Origin: Octopus bimaculoides
Taxonomy: Eukaryota
NCBI RefSeq assembly: GCF_001194135.2
Contig: NC_068987.1
Location: 55,157,570 to 55,221,569, forward strand
Direction of reading: 5' to 3'
Length of the DNA stretch: 64,000 nt
The translations under genes and the position numbers were made by a program. The notes under the pieces were generated by a model. It had not been told where the DNA came from. It ran no database searches and worked only from the letters and a program-made list of their open reading frames with translations. Each line of letters opens with the position of its first letter. Position 1 is the first letter of the stretch. Positions 10,704 through 22,640 of this stretch are shown here, piece after piece.

Positions 10704-13541
10704 GTCAAATATTTACCATCTTCCAAATCACCCCATTCCTCAAAGCTTAAAATCTAAGCAAATTCTTGGAAACCCCAAGGCTGCAACTTCCATGACCATA
10801 GTACCTCCTCACAGACAGAATCCAGGCCCTTGTTCCACATTTTATGCTCCTCAACGTCATATAGTACATTCTAAATGGTCTAGGTATAATATTTCTTTAA
10901 AGTTGGCATGGAATCTGTGCATGAAATCTGTGCATGTGTTAACTCAGCAGCTTATCGATCATTTAACCTGCATGAAAACTCATCACTGATGTTCACAGTT
11001 CGTCAGTCAAAATTTTAGTTTATTGGAAGTTAGTAAACCTTGTTTAACCTCTTAGCTTTAAAATTTGCCAAATCAGGCTTCCATAAATAATAATCCCGAA
11101 TTAATTAAAATATGCCATAGTCAGCCATCTTGATTGATATATTTAGCTTTGATTATTAGCTGTAAAACTCACCAGCACCACTTGTTAGCTCATAGAGGAT
11201 ATCAAATTTATCTCAGTTTCATCAATTTTATGTGAATCTATCAGCATATTTCAGCATCATTAATTAATACTATCATTACTAACTGGTTGGTTATATTCTG
11301 TTCCATAGGTTTAACCTGTTGGTAATTATAATTTAGATTCAAGGATAAAATAGTTAAATCTATTGTGTTGTATATTTCCTCATTTGTTAATTGGGTACTT
11401 TTGGAATGTTCTTGAAATTTTATTCAGATAACTCGAAATGTTTGGGTTGCATAATAAGACAAATAAAATAGTTTAGCTTCTTCTCTACCATCTCTCTAGT
11501 TCTGTCTCAAGAGGCGATAAATTTCAACTGAATATTAGACTCGTTGGTGATAAGAATTATTTCCCAGTACTTGAATTGATGTGAGTGTTTGAAATATTCC
11601 TTGTGATTTATTACATGTAGCTGTATGTTAATGCATCTTTGGCATTAGTAAGGAGCCTAGCAAGTATACATATTTTGTGCTCTCTCTTTATTTTTGTTTT
11701 TTTATCTGTCTCTTTCTTTCTCTCTCTCTCTCTCTCCCCCCCTCCTCACATATAAGCACACATCCTCATCTACACTTTTTATTTGTTTATTTTGAAGAGG
11801 AAATTCAGTAGTTACTCTGGCCCCCCAAATCTTTTACATAATGTTTGTCAAACTCTAAACATATTGAATAGACTTTTCCCTCTTGTTTTTAAATTTTCTT
11901 GGACATATTATTTTTGAGGATATGCTCTGGTCCTTCTCATCATTAGCGTATCTGTACCTACCCATTTATGATATAAGAATAGCATTGCATCTCCTTCAGC
12001 TCAATCCTTCTCACTGCCCTTATCACTCTGACTCTTTCTCATTAATTCCCTGTAACTACTTTTCCTTTTTCTTCCTATTACCCACTTACCTTTCTTCCAC
12101 ACATCATTTTATCTCCTCTATATATAACTTCATCTCAACCCTTAGCACTTCATCTCAACCCTTATCACATTCTCTCTCACTAATACCTACTGGCACTACT
12201 GTGCACTTCCCCCAACCTGCCCCTTATCTTGGGTCCTGGTAAACCTTCAACCTATCTTAGCACATTCTTTAGTCCACATGTAAAGTATGTAACCTAATCA
12301 AAGAACACAGAAAAGTTGCATAATGCCAAAATGTGTATAAATACATTCTCACTCATTTTCTATGCAATTTCCATCAGTTGAACAGTTGTAGAAATTTAGA
12401 TATTCTAAAAGTATTGATACTTTCAAGAAATTATTAATCAGTTATTTTCCCCAAGTTGTTGTTTGTCAGTAGTGAAGTTGATAAAGTATGTACATTGATA
12501 AGTTGATTAGTTTTTATTTGTTTATTTTTTTTTTATATTTTCCTCAACAATATCATTTGCTGATAGTTGGAGTCAACCAACTATCAGTAGATAGTTGACA
12601 TGCATCATAGTCTTATGTCTGTATCCCCAGTAGTTCTTCATCCTTATTCATTTAACCCATTAAAGGATCTTACTTAATATATTTGTTGAGTCGATAATGG
12701 TTTTGATTCAAGTCTTTTGCTAGACCCATGACCTTCAGTCACTCACTGGTTTTCTGACAGGCTGTGGTCATATGCAGTAATCCATTTGTTGTTTGCCAAT
12801 TTAATCTCTCTGCTCAAAACATTGCTCTGATCTCTTGTATGTGAACAGGATGTAATCCAAATGAGAGAAGCAATATGCCATGCACTAGTAGACACAATAC
12901 ATTATTAGTGGTATGGTTTTTATAACTTTACCTTCAGCATTTTATTCTGTTATAAAAGCACTTAGTCTGGCTTAAGTGAATTGTAAGAAAGAGTGCAAGT
13001 TTCAGATTGACTGTGTTCCTATTTGATTCTCATCCCTTTACCAACTTATGCCAAATAACAAACAATGGATTAAGACACTTTTCAAAAAATGTATATGTCA
13101 GGCACAAGCATAGCTGTGTGGTGAAAAAGTTTGCTTTCTATCCATGAGGTTTTAGGTTCAGTACCTCTGCATGGAACCCTTTGCTATAATGTTTGGACTG
13201 ACTGAAATCTTGTGAGTGAATTTCATAGATGGAAACTGAAAGCAGCTCATCATGTATATGTCAGTGTGTTCGTTTAGATTTGCATTATTCAGAAGTTGCA
13301 TGCTAGGTGTGACGTGGTTGTCACATCTGTTAAATCATCTTTTCACTTCATCTCTTTGAAGTTGTGTGAAATAAAAGCTCTCTTAATTTAAAAAAAAAAA
13401 AAAAAGAAGCAGAATCAACCTTGGTGGCATTTGAACTCCAAACGTAAAGAGTTGGAAGAAATGCTGTTAGACATTTTGTCCAGCCTGCTAACAATTCTGC
13501 CAGCTCACTACCTTATACCCTTATTCATCCATGTGTGTGTG

Positions 13542-13593
<52 letters not shown>

Positions 13594-15004
13594 GAAAGAG
13601 AGAGAGAGGTACATATATGACAAGCTTCTTTTATTTTTTTTTTCTTACCTGACCCACCCTCTAGGCTTTGGTCGATACTTGCCAAAGGTGGGACTGAACC
13701 TGAGATCACATAGTTGTGAAGCAGATTTCTAAACCACACAACCATGACTGCACTTCTAGGCTTTGGTCAATTTAGGTCTATGCAAGAAGACAAAAAAGGT
13801 AGCAAACCTCTCTAAAAGATCCTGTATTCCCCGCACGGAATTCCATAATTCAAAGCCTATTTTGCCATCGATTTCCATGTTAGATCAAAGTCCATGAATA
13901 TCGAGAGTCGATGGGGAAAATATGTTTTGCGTTATAGAATTCCATTTGCCGGGACACACCACTTCCATAATACAGGGAGATGCCTGTAGTTGCTAAATTG
14001 TTGCAAAATAACAAAAAAAATCTGCCTTTAGAATGCTGATTAAGCAATTGAGAAAAGTCCGTTCTTACACCCACCCACACATACTCATATTTAAATCTCA
14101 TTCATCTCACATCTTAGTGATTCTAAATAAAGCAAGGAAACCTTGATTCATGGAAATGAAACTACTATAAACGGCATTTTCCTTTCATTTTCTGTTGCTG
14201 TCTCTCTCTTTCTGACATTCTCTCTTCTCTTTGTCTCAGTCTTGCTTTCTCTCTCTCTTTCTCTCCTCTCTCTTCTTGTCCCTCTCTTCTCTCTCTTTCC
14301 CTCTTAAGTTCAGATGTCCTTAACTTCATATAATTCTTTAACCATGTCTCAATTGTTCTGTTGTATTTCTCATAACACTACCACCATCTATACTACCTGC
14401 TTCATAATCTTTCTTTCCATTTCATGTAGCTCAGTTTATTGCTTGTTCCACTTGACTGACTGACCAAAATATAATAATAATAATAATAATAAATGATGTC
14501 TAATAATGTTTATGTTTAAAAATTTTTTTTTAAATGCTGTTACTTTTATTGTTGTTTATTTGCTTCACAGAAATGTTCACCTTTGTCTGGATGTTGTACT
14601 AATTAACAGTTAGAGTGGGTGGGCCCCTAATCGCTTTGAACTTTTATTATGCGAAGCTGTTTACATGTTATTTATTGTAACAACAATTCCAGAGTACTCT
14701 CATCACACCAATTTACTTCAGATTACTGCATGAATAATAGCCTAGAGATGTGATTTAAGACATCCATGATGCTCATGCACTCAAAAATATACACGCCCAC
14801 AAAAATATTGGAAGAACGACAGTAATAATTATAATAATAATAATGATGATGATGATAATTATAATAGTGATTTCTTTCAGAACAAAAGCAGCATCTAGAA
14901 AGGGAGGAGAAGTAGAGTAAATTGATTCAACTCTAGGTACTGTGTACACTAGATGGTGTCACATTTCTAGTCTAGAACTTTGTCGTCTAAACCATTTCCA
15001 CTAT

Positions 15005-15960
15005 CATAACAACAATGGTTTCAAATTTTGGCACAGGGCCAGCAGTATTTGAGGGAAGGGGGCTAGTCTATTACATTGTCCTCAATACTTGACTGGTACT
15101 TATTTTATCAACCCACAAAAGGATGAAAGACAAAACCAACCTTAGTGGAATTTGAACTCAGAACATAAAGACAAGATGAAATTGTTCTGAGAACTTGAAG
15201 TGCTTTGACCAAATGTCAATGATTGATATTTTTGGCATTAAGCTAATATATTGAGCAGGAAGGGGAATAAAGTGAGATGAGATTGATCCCAACAGATTCA
15301 GAAGAGTGAATTGTAAATTTCAGCCTATTGAGATTTGAATTCTAAGTGTGAAGCAATATAGCTAAACACCACAAGACACATAATGTGGTACTTTTTGGTT
15401 TTATGTCTACAATAACATCAGGTTAGAATCAATTTCATGTCTTTTTTGTCGAGCATATTATTATTCCAGCCAATTCTTAGAAATGATAGTAGTAATAATA
15501 TTAATAATCCTTTCTGTTATAGGCACAAGGCCTGAAATCTTGGGGGAAGGAACTAGTTCATTACATTGACCCCCCTGTGTTTCATTTGTACTTAATTTAT
15601 CAACCTTGAAAGGATGAAAGGCAAAGTCGACCTTGGTGGAATTTGAACTTAGAAAATAAAGACAGACAAAATACTGCTAAGCATTTTGCCCAGAATGCTA
15701 ACTATTCTGCCACATTGCTGCCTTAGTAATAATGTTAGTATTATTGATTTCAAACTTTGGCACAAAGCCAGCAGTTTTGGGGGAGAGGTAAGGTGATTAC
15801 ATCAACCCCAGTGCTTAACTGGTACTTATTTTATTGACACTGAAAGGATGAAAGGCAAAGTCAACCATGGCAGAATTTGAACTTGGAATGCAAAGACAGA
15901 TGAAATACTGCTAAGCATTTTGCCCAGCTTGCTAACGATTCTGCCAGCTCACTGCCTTAG
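15005..15960 (-). mobile_element. Tandem cluster of 3-4 SINE B copies, all on the minus strand
   Basis: Repeated AAGGATGAAAGGCAAAGTC...GAATTTGAACT...GCTAAGCATTTTGCCCAG separated by (TAA)-rich spacers. Confidence 0.8.
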
Positions 15961-15982
15961 TAGTAATTTTAATAATATTAAC

Positions 15983-16297
15983 ATGGCATGTAAAAAGTAC
16001 CATTCGAGCATGCATTGCTGTCAGTACCGCCTAACTGGCTTCCGTGCCAATGGTATGTAAAAAGCGCCATTCAAGCATGGTCGATGCCAGTACTGCCTGA
16101 TTGGCCTTCATGCCGGTAGCACATAAAAAGCACCCATTACACTTTCAGAGTAGTTGGTGTTAGGAAGAGCATCCAGCTGTAGAAACCTTGCCAGATCAGA
16201 TTGGAGCCTGGTACTGCCTTCTAGCTTACCAGTCCTCAGTTAAACCATCCAACACATGCCAGCATGGAAAGCAAATGTTAAACGACGATGATGATGA
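15983..16297 (+). mobile_element. RTE-tail element (family E) with 3 tandem subrepeats
   Basis: GCATGTAAAAAG(T/C)ACCATTCGAGC...GTACCGCCT(G/A)ACTGGC units, then AGGAAGAGCATCCAGCTGTAGAAAC and (GAT)n. Confidence 0.8.
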
Positions 16298-18302
16298 GTG
16301 TTTCAGAAATGTTGATATTCTATGCTTTTCACCTCTTCAACAAAATTGTGATACTGTTGACATTATGACTGGTCATTCTATGCTTTCAAAGACCATTGGA
16401 ATTTTTTTTTTTTTTTTTTTCAAGAGCAGCATCATCCAGTTGTAAAATCCTGCCTTAATAACTCTCTGCTTAACCACTGATGGCTTGATCTCTTTTTCCA
16501 GTCTAACTAAGTAGCCTGGAATTGTTTGAATCCCAAATTACAGACAAATAGATGTGTGTGTACATATACATACATAAAATGATCATTTCAGATGCACTAA
16601 GATTTGCTAAATACTGTGTATTGCGGTTTATTTTTTCCACATTTCTAGTAAAAAAAAAATACCTTTTAATTTTCTCCAAACTCAAGACTATTCTGTAATT
16701 GCAGTTAAACCTTGTAGTAGTAGTAAAACAGTAATAATAATAATAATAATAATAATCAAGATAATAATAATGGAATTAATGTTTTTTGTTTTATAAGACT
16801 ATGAAGACATTTATATGTGAATGCTAACAAATAATCCAGCCAACTGCATACTCAAAATTGCTTATGGTATTAATATATTAGTTGCTTAACAACATGCATT
16901 TCAAATTAGCTTATAGAATTTAGTTTTTATCCTTTTTCACATGACTTCTAGTTGGCTATATGCAACCTTCTTATTAGTTATTCAATTACATACACACACA
17001 CACATATTGATAAACATGCATGTGTATATTTATTCATTTATTTATATATGTGTGTGTGTTGGTATGTATATATAAATGTGTGTAGGTATATAGATGGATG
17101 TGTATTTTGTTGTTTTAGAATTTTGTATTAGAGGTAATTTTCTGAATACCTCTCTACTGCACCCGCACTGTAATTGTTTTTATTTATATAAGACATTGCT
17201 GTGTGGTTAAGTTGTTAAACTGTTTACCATATGGTCATTAGTTCAAACCTTACCACTGTAGACATTTCACTTCAGCTATTCACAAAGTCCAAATTTGCAA
17301 GACACTTCCCACTGGGCCAAGGCAAACAGGATCCAAGAAGGTGTCTCTGTCTGCATGCAACCTCATAAACACCTAAAACAATTAGAAAAAGCATGGTACA
17401 TATTAACATGTAATACATGCAATACCCATTTACAAGTCACAGCTGACTGTACTGAAATCCACTTACATAGCTTGACAACTTGTTTGGCAATCGTATGATG
17501 ATTGTAAATGACCATCACCAACATACAAACAAAGCAATGTTGTTTACTTCCATGTCAGGCTATGGTGAAATATTACTTTGCTTGGAAACAGGTGAGAGTT
17601 GGCAACAGAAAGGGCATACTTCAACAAATCACAATCTAACCCATGCAAAAATAGGAAAGTGAGCATTAAATGGCGATCATTATTTAGTATCCATTTCAGT
17701 TGATAATTAAAACTGCCTGGAAAAATTTCATGATCAGTGCCATGAAAATGCTAAATTTTACACATCTAAGAAGTTGAAAACTGTCATCATAAAAAGATGT
17801 GCATGTGTGTGCCATTACCATCATTTTGTGTCCTCTTTCCACATTAGCATGGATTGGACAATTTGAGAGGATCTTTCAAACCAGAGAACTATGTCTTATT
17901 CTAGCATCTCAGTTTTGGATGTTTCCTTAACTGGGCACACTTTATCATAACAGTCACTATAGAGGTTGACTTACCCCATCTAATATCTGCCAACTTGTGT
18001 CAGTTAGTTTACATTCTCATAATTTAGTAGGTTGGCAAAGCCAGCTGATAGAATAAACTTCAGATTTTAGAAAATAAGCGCTAATGTCAGTTTGTTTGAT
18101 GAAACCCTTCAAGGCCACACTACAGCATGGCTGCAGTCCAGTGAATGAAACAAGCAAAAGATAATTTATATNNNNNNNNNNNNNNNNNNNNNNNNNNNNN
18201 NNNNNNNNNNNNNNNNNNNNNNNNNNNNNNNNNNNNNNNNNNNNNNNNNNNNNNNNNNNNNNNNNNNNNNNNNNNNNNNNNNNNNNTATATATATATATA
18301 TA

Positions 18303-18712
18303 TGCAGGCATGGCTGTGTGGGAAGAAGCCTGCTTCCCAACCACATGACTCCAAGTTCAGTCCCACTGTGTGGCATCTTGGGCAAGTGCCTTCTGTTATA
18401 GCCCTGGGCCAACCAAAGCCTTGTAAGTGGATTTGGTTGATGGAAACTGAAAGAAGCCTATCATATATATATATATGTGTGTGTGCGTGTGTGTGTATGC
18501 CTTTGTGCCAGTGTTTATTCCCCACCTTCACTGCTTGACAACTAGCGTTGGTATGTTTACATCCCCATAACTTAGCAGTTCGGCAAAAGAGTCTGATAGA
18601 ATAAGTACTAGACTTTAAAAAAATTAATCCTGAGGTCAATTTGTTCGACTAAAACCCTTCAAGGTGGTGCTCCAGCATGGTTGCAGTCAAACGACTGAAA
18701 CAAATAAGAGAA
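18303..18712 (+). mobile_element. SINE family A
   Basis: Same head, hinge and tail as the 26212 copy; B-box-like AAGTTCAGTCCC. Confidence 0.85.
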
Positions 18713-19002
18713 TACACACACTCACAGTTTCTTAGATCATTTATTTACATTGAGCTTTACCTAGTTTCCATATGCCTTATATGGAGGAAATTTGAAATTT
18801 CCTTGTTTATAAATATAGATGTCAAAGAAATGTATTACTGTTGTCGTCATCATCGCCGTCATCATCATCATCATTTTCATCATCATCATCATATTTATTC
18901 TGTTGTAATAACTTGTTGGTTTCCATTAGATAGTGTTAGAGGTTAGACTGGTTGTTAAAAGAAAAAAATATACAGAATACCTCGGCAAACATCGGGGAGT
19001 TT

Positions 19003-19007
19003 TGTAT

Positions 19008-19046
<39 letters not shown>

Positions 19047-19075
19047 TTTCATTCATTCATTCATTTATTTATTTT
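19003..19075. repeat. (ATTT)n/(ATTC)n tetranucleotide repeat
   Basis: Directly visible. Confidence 0.95.
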
Positions 19076-19258
19076 ATATTTAGTTGTTTATTTCCATTTG
19101 CCATCATCAAAGAACAGGTATCTTCAGGAATGTTTATGAATGAGTTTTTTTTCTTTCTTTCTTTCTATGGGAGCAGCAGGTTGGGTGGAGTATAGTGGGT
19201 GGTGGTGTAGAGTGGTGTATATGATAATAATTTAAAATTTAATGAATTTCCTTTTCAT

Positions 19259-19824
19259 NNNNNNNNNNNNNNNNNNNNNNNNNNNNNNNNNNNNNNNNNN
19301 NNNNNNNNNNNNNNNNNNNNNNNNNNNNNNNNNNNNNNNNNNNNNNNNNNNNNNNNNNNNNNNNNNNNNNNNNNNNNNNNNNNNNNNNNNNNNNNNNNNN
19401 NNNNNNNNNNNNNNNNNNNNNNNNNNNNNNNNNNNNNNNNNNNNNNNNNNNNNNNNNNNNNNNNNNNNNNNNNNNNNNNNNNNNNNNNNNNNNNNNNNNN
19501 NNNNNNNNNNNNNNNNNNNNNNNNNNNNNNNNNNNNNNNNNNNNNNNNNNNNNNNNNNNNNNNNNNNNNNNNNNNNNNNNNNNNNNNNNNNNNNNNNNNN
19601 NNNNNNNNNNNNNNNNNNNNNNNNNNNNNNNNNNNNNNNNNNNNNNNNNNNNNNNNNNNNNNNNNNNNNNNNNNNNNNNNNNNNNNNNNNNNNNNNNNNN
19701 NNNNNNNNNNNNNNNNNNNNNNNNNNNNNNNNNNNNNNNNNNNNNNNNNNNNNNNNNNNNNNNNNNNNNNNNNNNNNNNNNNNNNNNNNNNNNNNNNNNN
19801 NNNNNNNNNNNNNNNNNNNNNNNN
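19259..19824. other. Assembly gap (N run)
   Basis: Other gaps are at 1679-1708, 18172-18286, 24681-25539, 51641-51795 and 58554-58563. Exons could be hidden in them, and ORFs crossing them are artefacts. Confidence 1.
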
Positions 19825-21360
19825 TTCTTCCACCACCCTGCACTGTCATCCACCGCTGCTTGCTGTCATCATGCGGCACCACATTGCTGCACCCCATTCC
19901 AAAAAAAACTCTGTCAACCCTAATCCGCCACTAAACTCTCTCTCTCATCTGTAATAAAATATCCTGCATCTAGTTTCTATACACATATTGAAACTTTTTA
20001 TTTATTTATTTTTTCCATTATAAATCACTCTGTCTCTTCTCCCCCCCTTGCTTTCTCTTTCTCTCTCCCCCCCTCTCTCTCTCTCCTTTCCTATTCCTTT
20101 TGTAACTTGTCAATTTTTTTTTATTCTTCGAGAAACTTACTCATTGCTATTTTCTTACTATTCAAGAAAAGCAAAGTATTCTATTATCATTATTAATATT
20201 TTTTAATTTTATTTTTTGTGTATCATCTTTTTTTAATTCAGTTTTTTTTCTTCTGCCCTTCAGCATCATGCACAATTTCTATGTGCTTCAGGTACCTGCA
20301 GTTGCATGTACATATGTATGTATTATGCGATGGTGCGTTAGAGAGAGAAAGATAGAAAGATAGCAAAATTATTCTCATTTATTATAGAGAGGATCCTATG
20401 TAAAATGTGAGCTGTGCCAGATTTTGTTTTTGTTTTTTGTTCCTTTGTAGTTTTCAATATGTTGATAAATGAATTGAATTTGTTCATATTCTAGTTTGTT
20501 TGTTTGTTTTTTTCTGTTTTCTTGTTTGTTTCTATTGCCCACCACTTCACTGCCATTAATTGAGATGGATTTTTTTTTCTCTTTTAATCTTTATTGTTTT
20601 CCTTTCCTTCTGCCCTCCCCCTGTTTCTCGCAAACGCTCTCCATGCATTTGAATTCTTCCCCACCTCTTACCTCAGCTGTTTATGTACTTCAATACCTTA
20701 GGTGATGTTTAGTCTAGCTTGTAGTTATTGGTATTTCAACTGCTATTAAAACAACAACATATGTAAAGAATAAAAAGTTTAGAATGGTACAACAATGCAC
20801 TATAAAACAAAAAATGGACTATATACCTGTTGTAATTTGGTTATCTATAGTCCGATGATATTTCGGAATTACAATTCCTTCTTCAGATCTTCTTAACTGG
20901 AGTCTCTGCTATAAACTATGTAGTTTTTACTATCAAATAAGTAACTAAGACATGCAGTATGTATGTATATGAATGATGTGAATGTTTATATATAGTCTAG
21001 TGGTTAAGATGTTTTTCCCAGTCATAAAAACTAAGGTTCAATCTCATTACTTGGCATCTATGCAATATTTTTTTCCATAGTCTTGGGTTGGTACAAACCC
21101 CAAGAGTGGACTAGCTAGATGGAAACTGTGTGCAAGCCCATCTAATGGGTTTTATCTGCATTTGTTACATATTGTGTAATTCTGATTCTGCTTGAGCATT
21201 GTTGTAAGGATACACATGTCTCTGTTGAATACTCAGCCGCTTATGTGTTAGTTGGAATAAGAAAGTCGAGCAGTTGATGAAACAACCGGATGGTCTTGTC
21301 AGGAAATATGCAGGAGCCCTTACATTGTTGTGTGTATATGTATGTGTGCATATGAATGAT

Positions 21361-21741
21361 GTGGAGGCGCAATGGCCCAGTGGTTAGGGCAGCGGACTCG
21401 CGGTCATAGGATCGCGGTTTTGATTCCCAGACTGGGCATTGTGAGTGTTTCTTGAGCGAAAACACCGAAAGCTCCACGAGGCTCCGGCAGGGGATCGTGG
21501 CGACCCCTGCTGTACTCTTTCATCACAACTTACTCTTTCTTCCTGTTTCTGTTGTGCCTGTAATTCAAAGGGTCAGCCTTGTCACACTGTGTCACGCTGA
21601 ATATCCCCGGGAACTACGTTAAGGGTACACGTGTCTGTGGAGTGCTCAGCCACTTGCACGTTAATTTCACGAGCAGGCTGTTCCGTTGATCGGATCAACT
21701 GGAACCCTCAATGTCGTAAGCGACGGAGTGCCAACAAAAAA
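21361..21741 (+). mobile_element. tRNA-derived SINE family C, full length
   Basis: A-box TGGCCCAGTGG, B-box-like GGTTTTGATTCCC, tail CCAACAAAAAA. TSD ATATGAATGAT (21350-60) / ATATGAATAAT (21742-52). Confidence 0.85.
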
Positions 21742-22301
21742 ATATGAATAATATATGAAGTTGAGGGACTGACAGAATTCATGAAAAGAATAATTTAATT
21801 ACATCTCTTTGCACTTAAAGGTTGGCTTTACTTTTCCTTCTGAAGCTGATAAAGTACCAGAAAGGTATTGGGATTGATACATTCAACCAAAATAAAGTTA
21901 TGCCCCAGCATACCCACAGTCCAATGACTAACACCAGCAATGGTTTCAAACTTTGGCACAAGGCCAGTAATTTCAGAGGAGGGATTACATCAATTACATC
22001 GACCCCCAGTACTCAACTGGTACTTATTTTCATCAACCCCAAAAGGTTGAAAGGCAAAAGTGACCTTGGCAGAATTTGAACTTAATACATACAGACTGAA
22101 AAATGCCACTAAGCATTTTGTCTGGCATGCTAATGCTGTCAGCAGCTTGTCACCTTAACTAACACTAATAATACGAGAACATACAAGTGTGTGTGTGTGT
22201 GTATATGTGTTTATTTATCTGCGTGTGTATGTGCTTATTTATATATGTGTGTATGTGTTTATATGAGTCTGTGTGTGTGTAATGTGTTTATATGTGTGTG
22301 T

Positions 22302-22640
22302 AAATGGAAGACCCCCTTCAGTCATGAATGACCATGGGATTGCACCTAGAAAGTTCCCCTCCAAGGAACAAGTCTGGGCAAGGTTGTTTATGGAAGACCA
22401 GCAGTCACCCATGCATTCCAGCCTCCCCTCTCCATACGACTGATATTATCCAAAGGAAAAGCAAAGGCCGATACAGCTTGGTACCAGTGACGTCGCAACT
22501 CATTTCTACAGCTGAGTGAACTGGAGCAACTGAAATGAAGTATCTTGCTCAAAAACACATCACACAGTTCAGTCCAGGAATCAAACTCAGTACCTCAAGA
22601 TTGTGGACCCCACACTCCGACCATTGAGCCATGCACCTTC
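22302..22640 (-). mobile_element. tRNA-derived SINE family D
   Basis: The minus strand has a tRNA-like head followed by TTGAGCAAGATACTTCATTTCAGTTGCTCCAGTTCACTCAGCTG. A related head and domain occur at ~60557-60855 (+). Confidence 0.7.

Noticed and set aside
11883-12242. 119-aa pyrimidine-rich ORF; similar ORFs at 28113-28855
   Set aside because: Low-complexity Leu/Ser/Phe translation with no recognisable motif. It may be an old antisense LINE remnant but I could not support that.
14571-14620. Good acceptor (tttgcttcacAG) with a TGC motif
   Set aside because: There is no credible donor before an in-frame TAG in the required phase.
15983-16130. Regularly spaced subrepeats superficially like a CRISPR array
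   Set aside because: The units are contiguous diverged copies within a LINE 3' UTR with no unique spacers or cas genes, in eukaryotic context.
20677-20701. 25-nt exon candidate after a ~100-nt AG-free tract; similar 41-nt candidate at 26962-27002
   Set aside because: Neither preserves the B-C frame. The 25-nt one has a stop in the required phase.
21361-21435. tRNA-like sequences at SINE heads (also 31103, 26212, 53610-53660, 62440-62513)
   Set aside because: They have A and B boxes but no complete cloverleaf or acceptor stem, and are embedded in dispersed repeats with TSDs. They are not tRNA genes.
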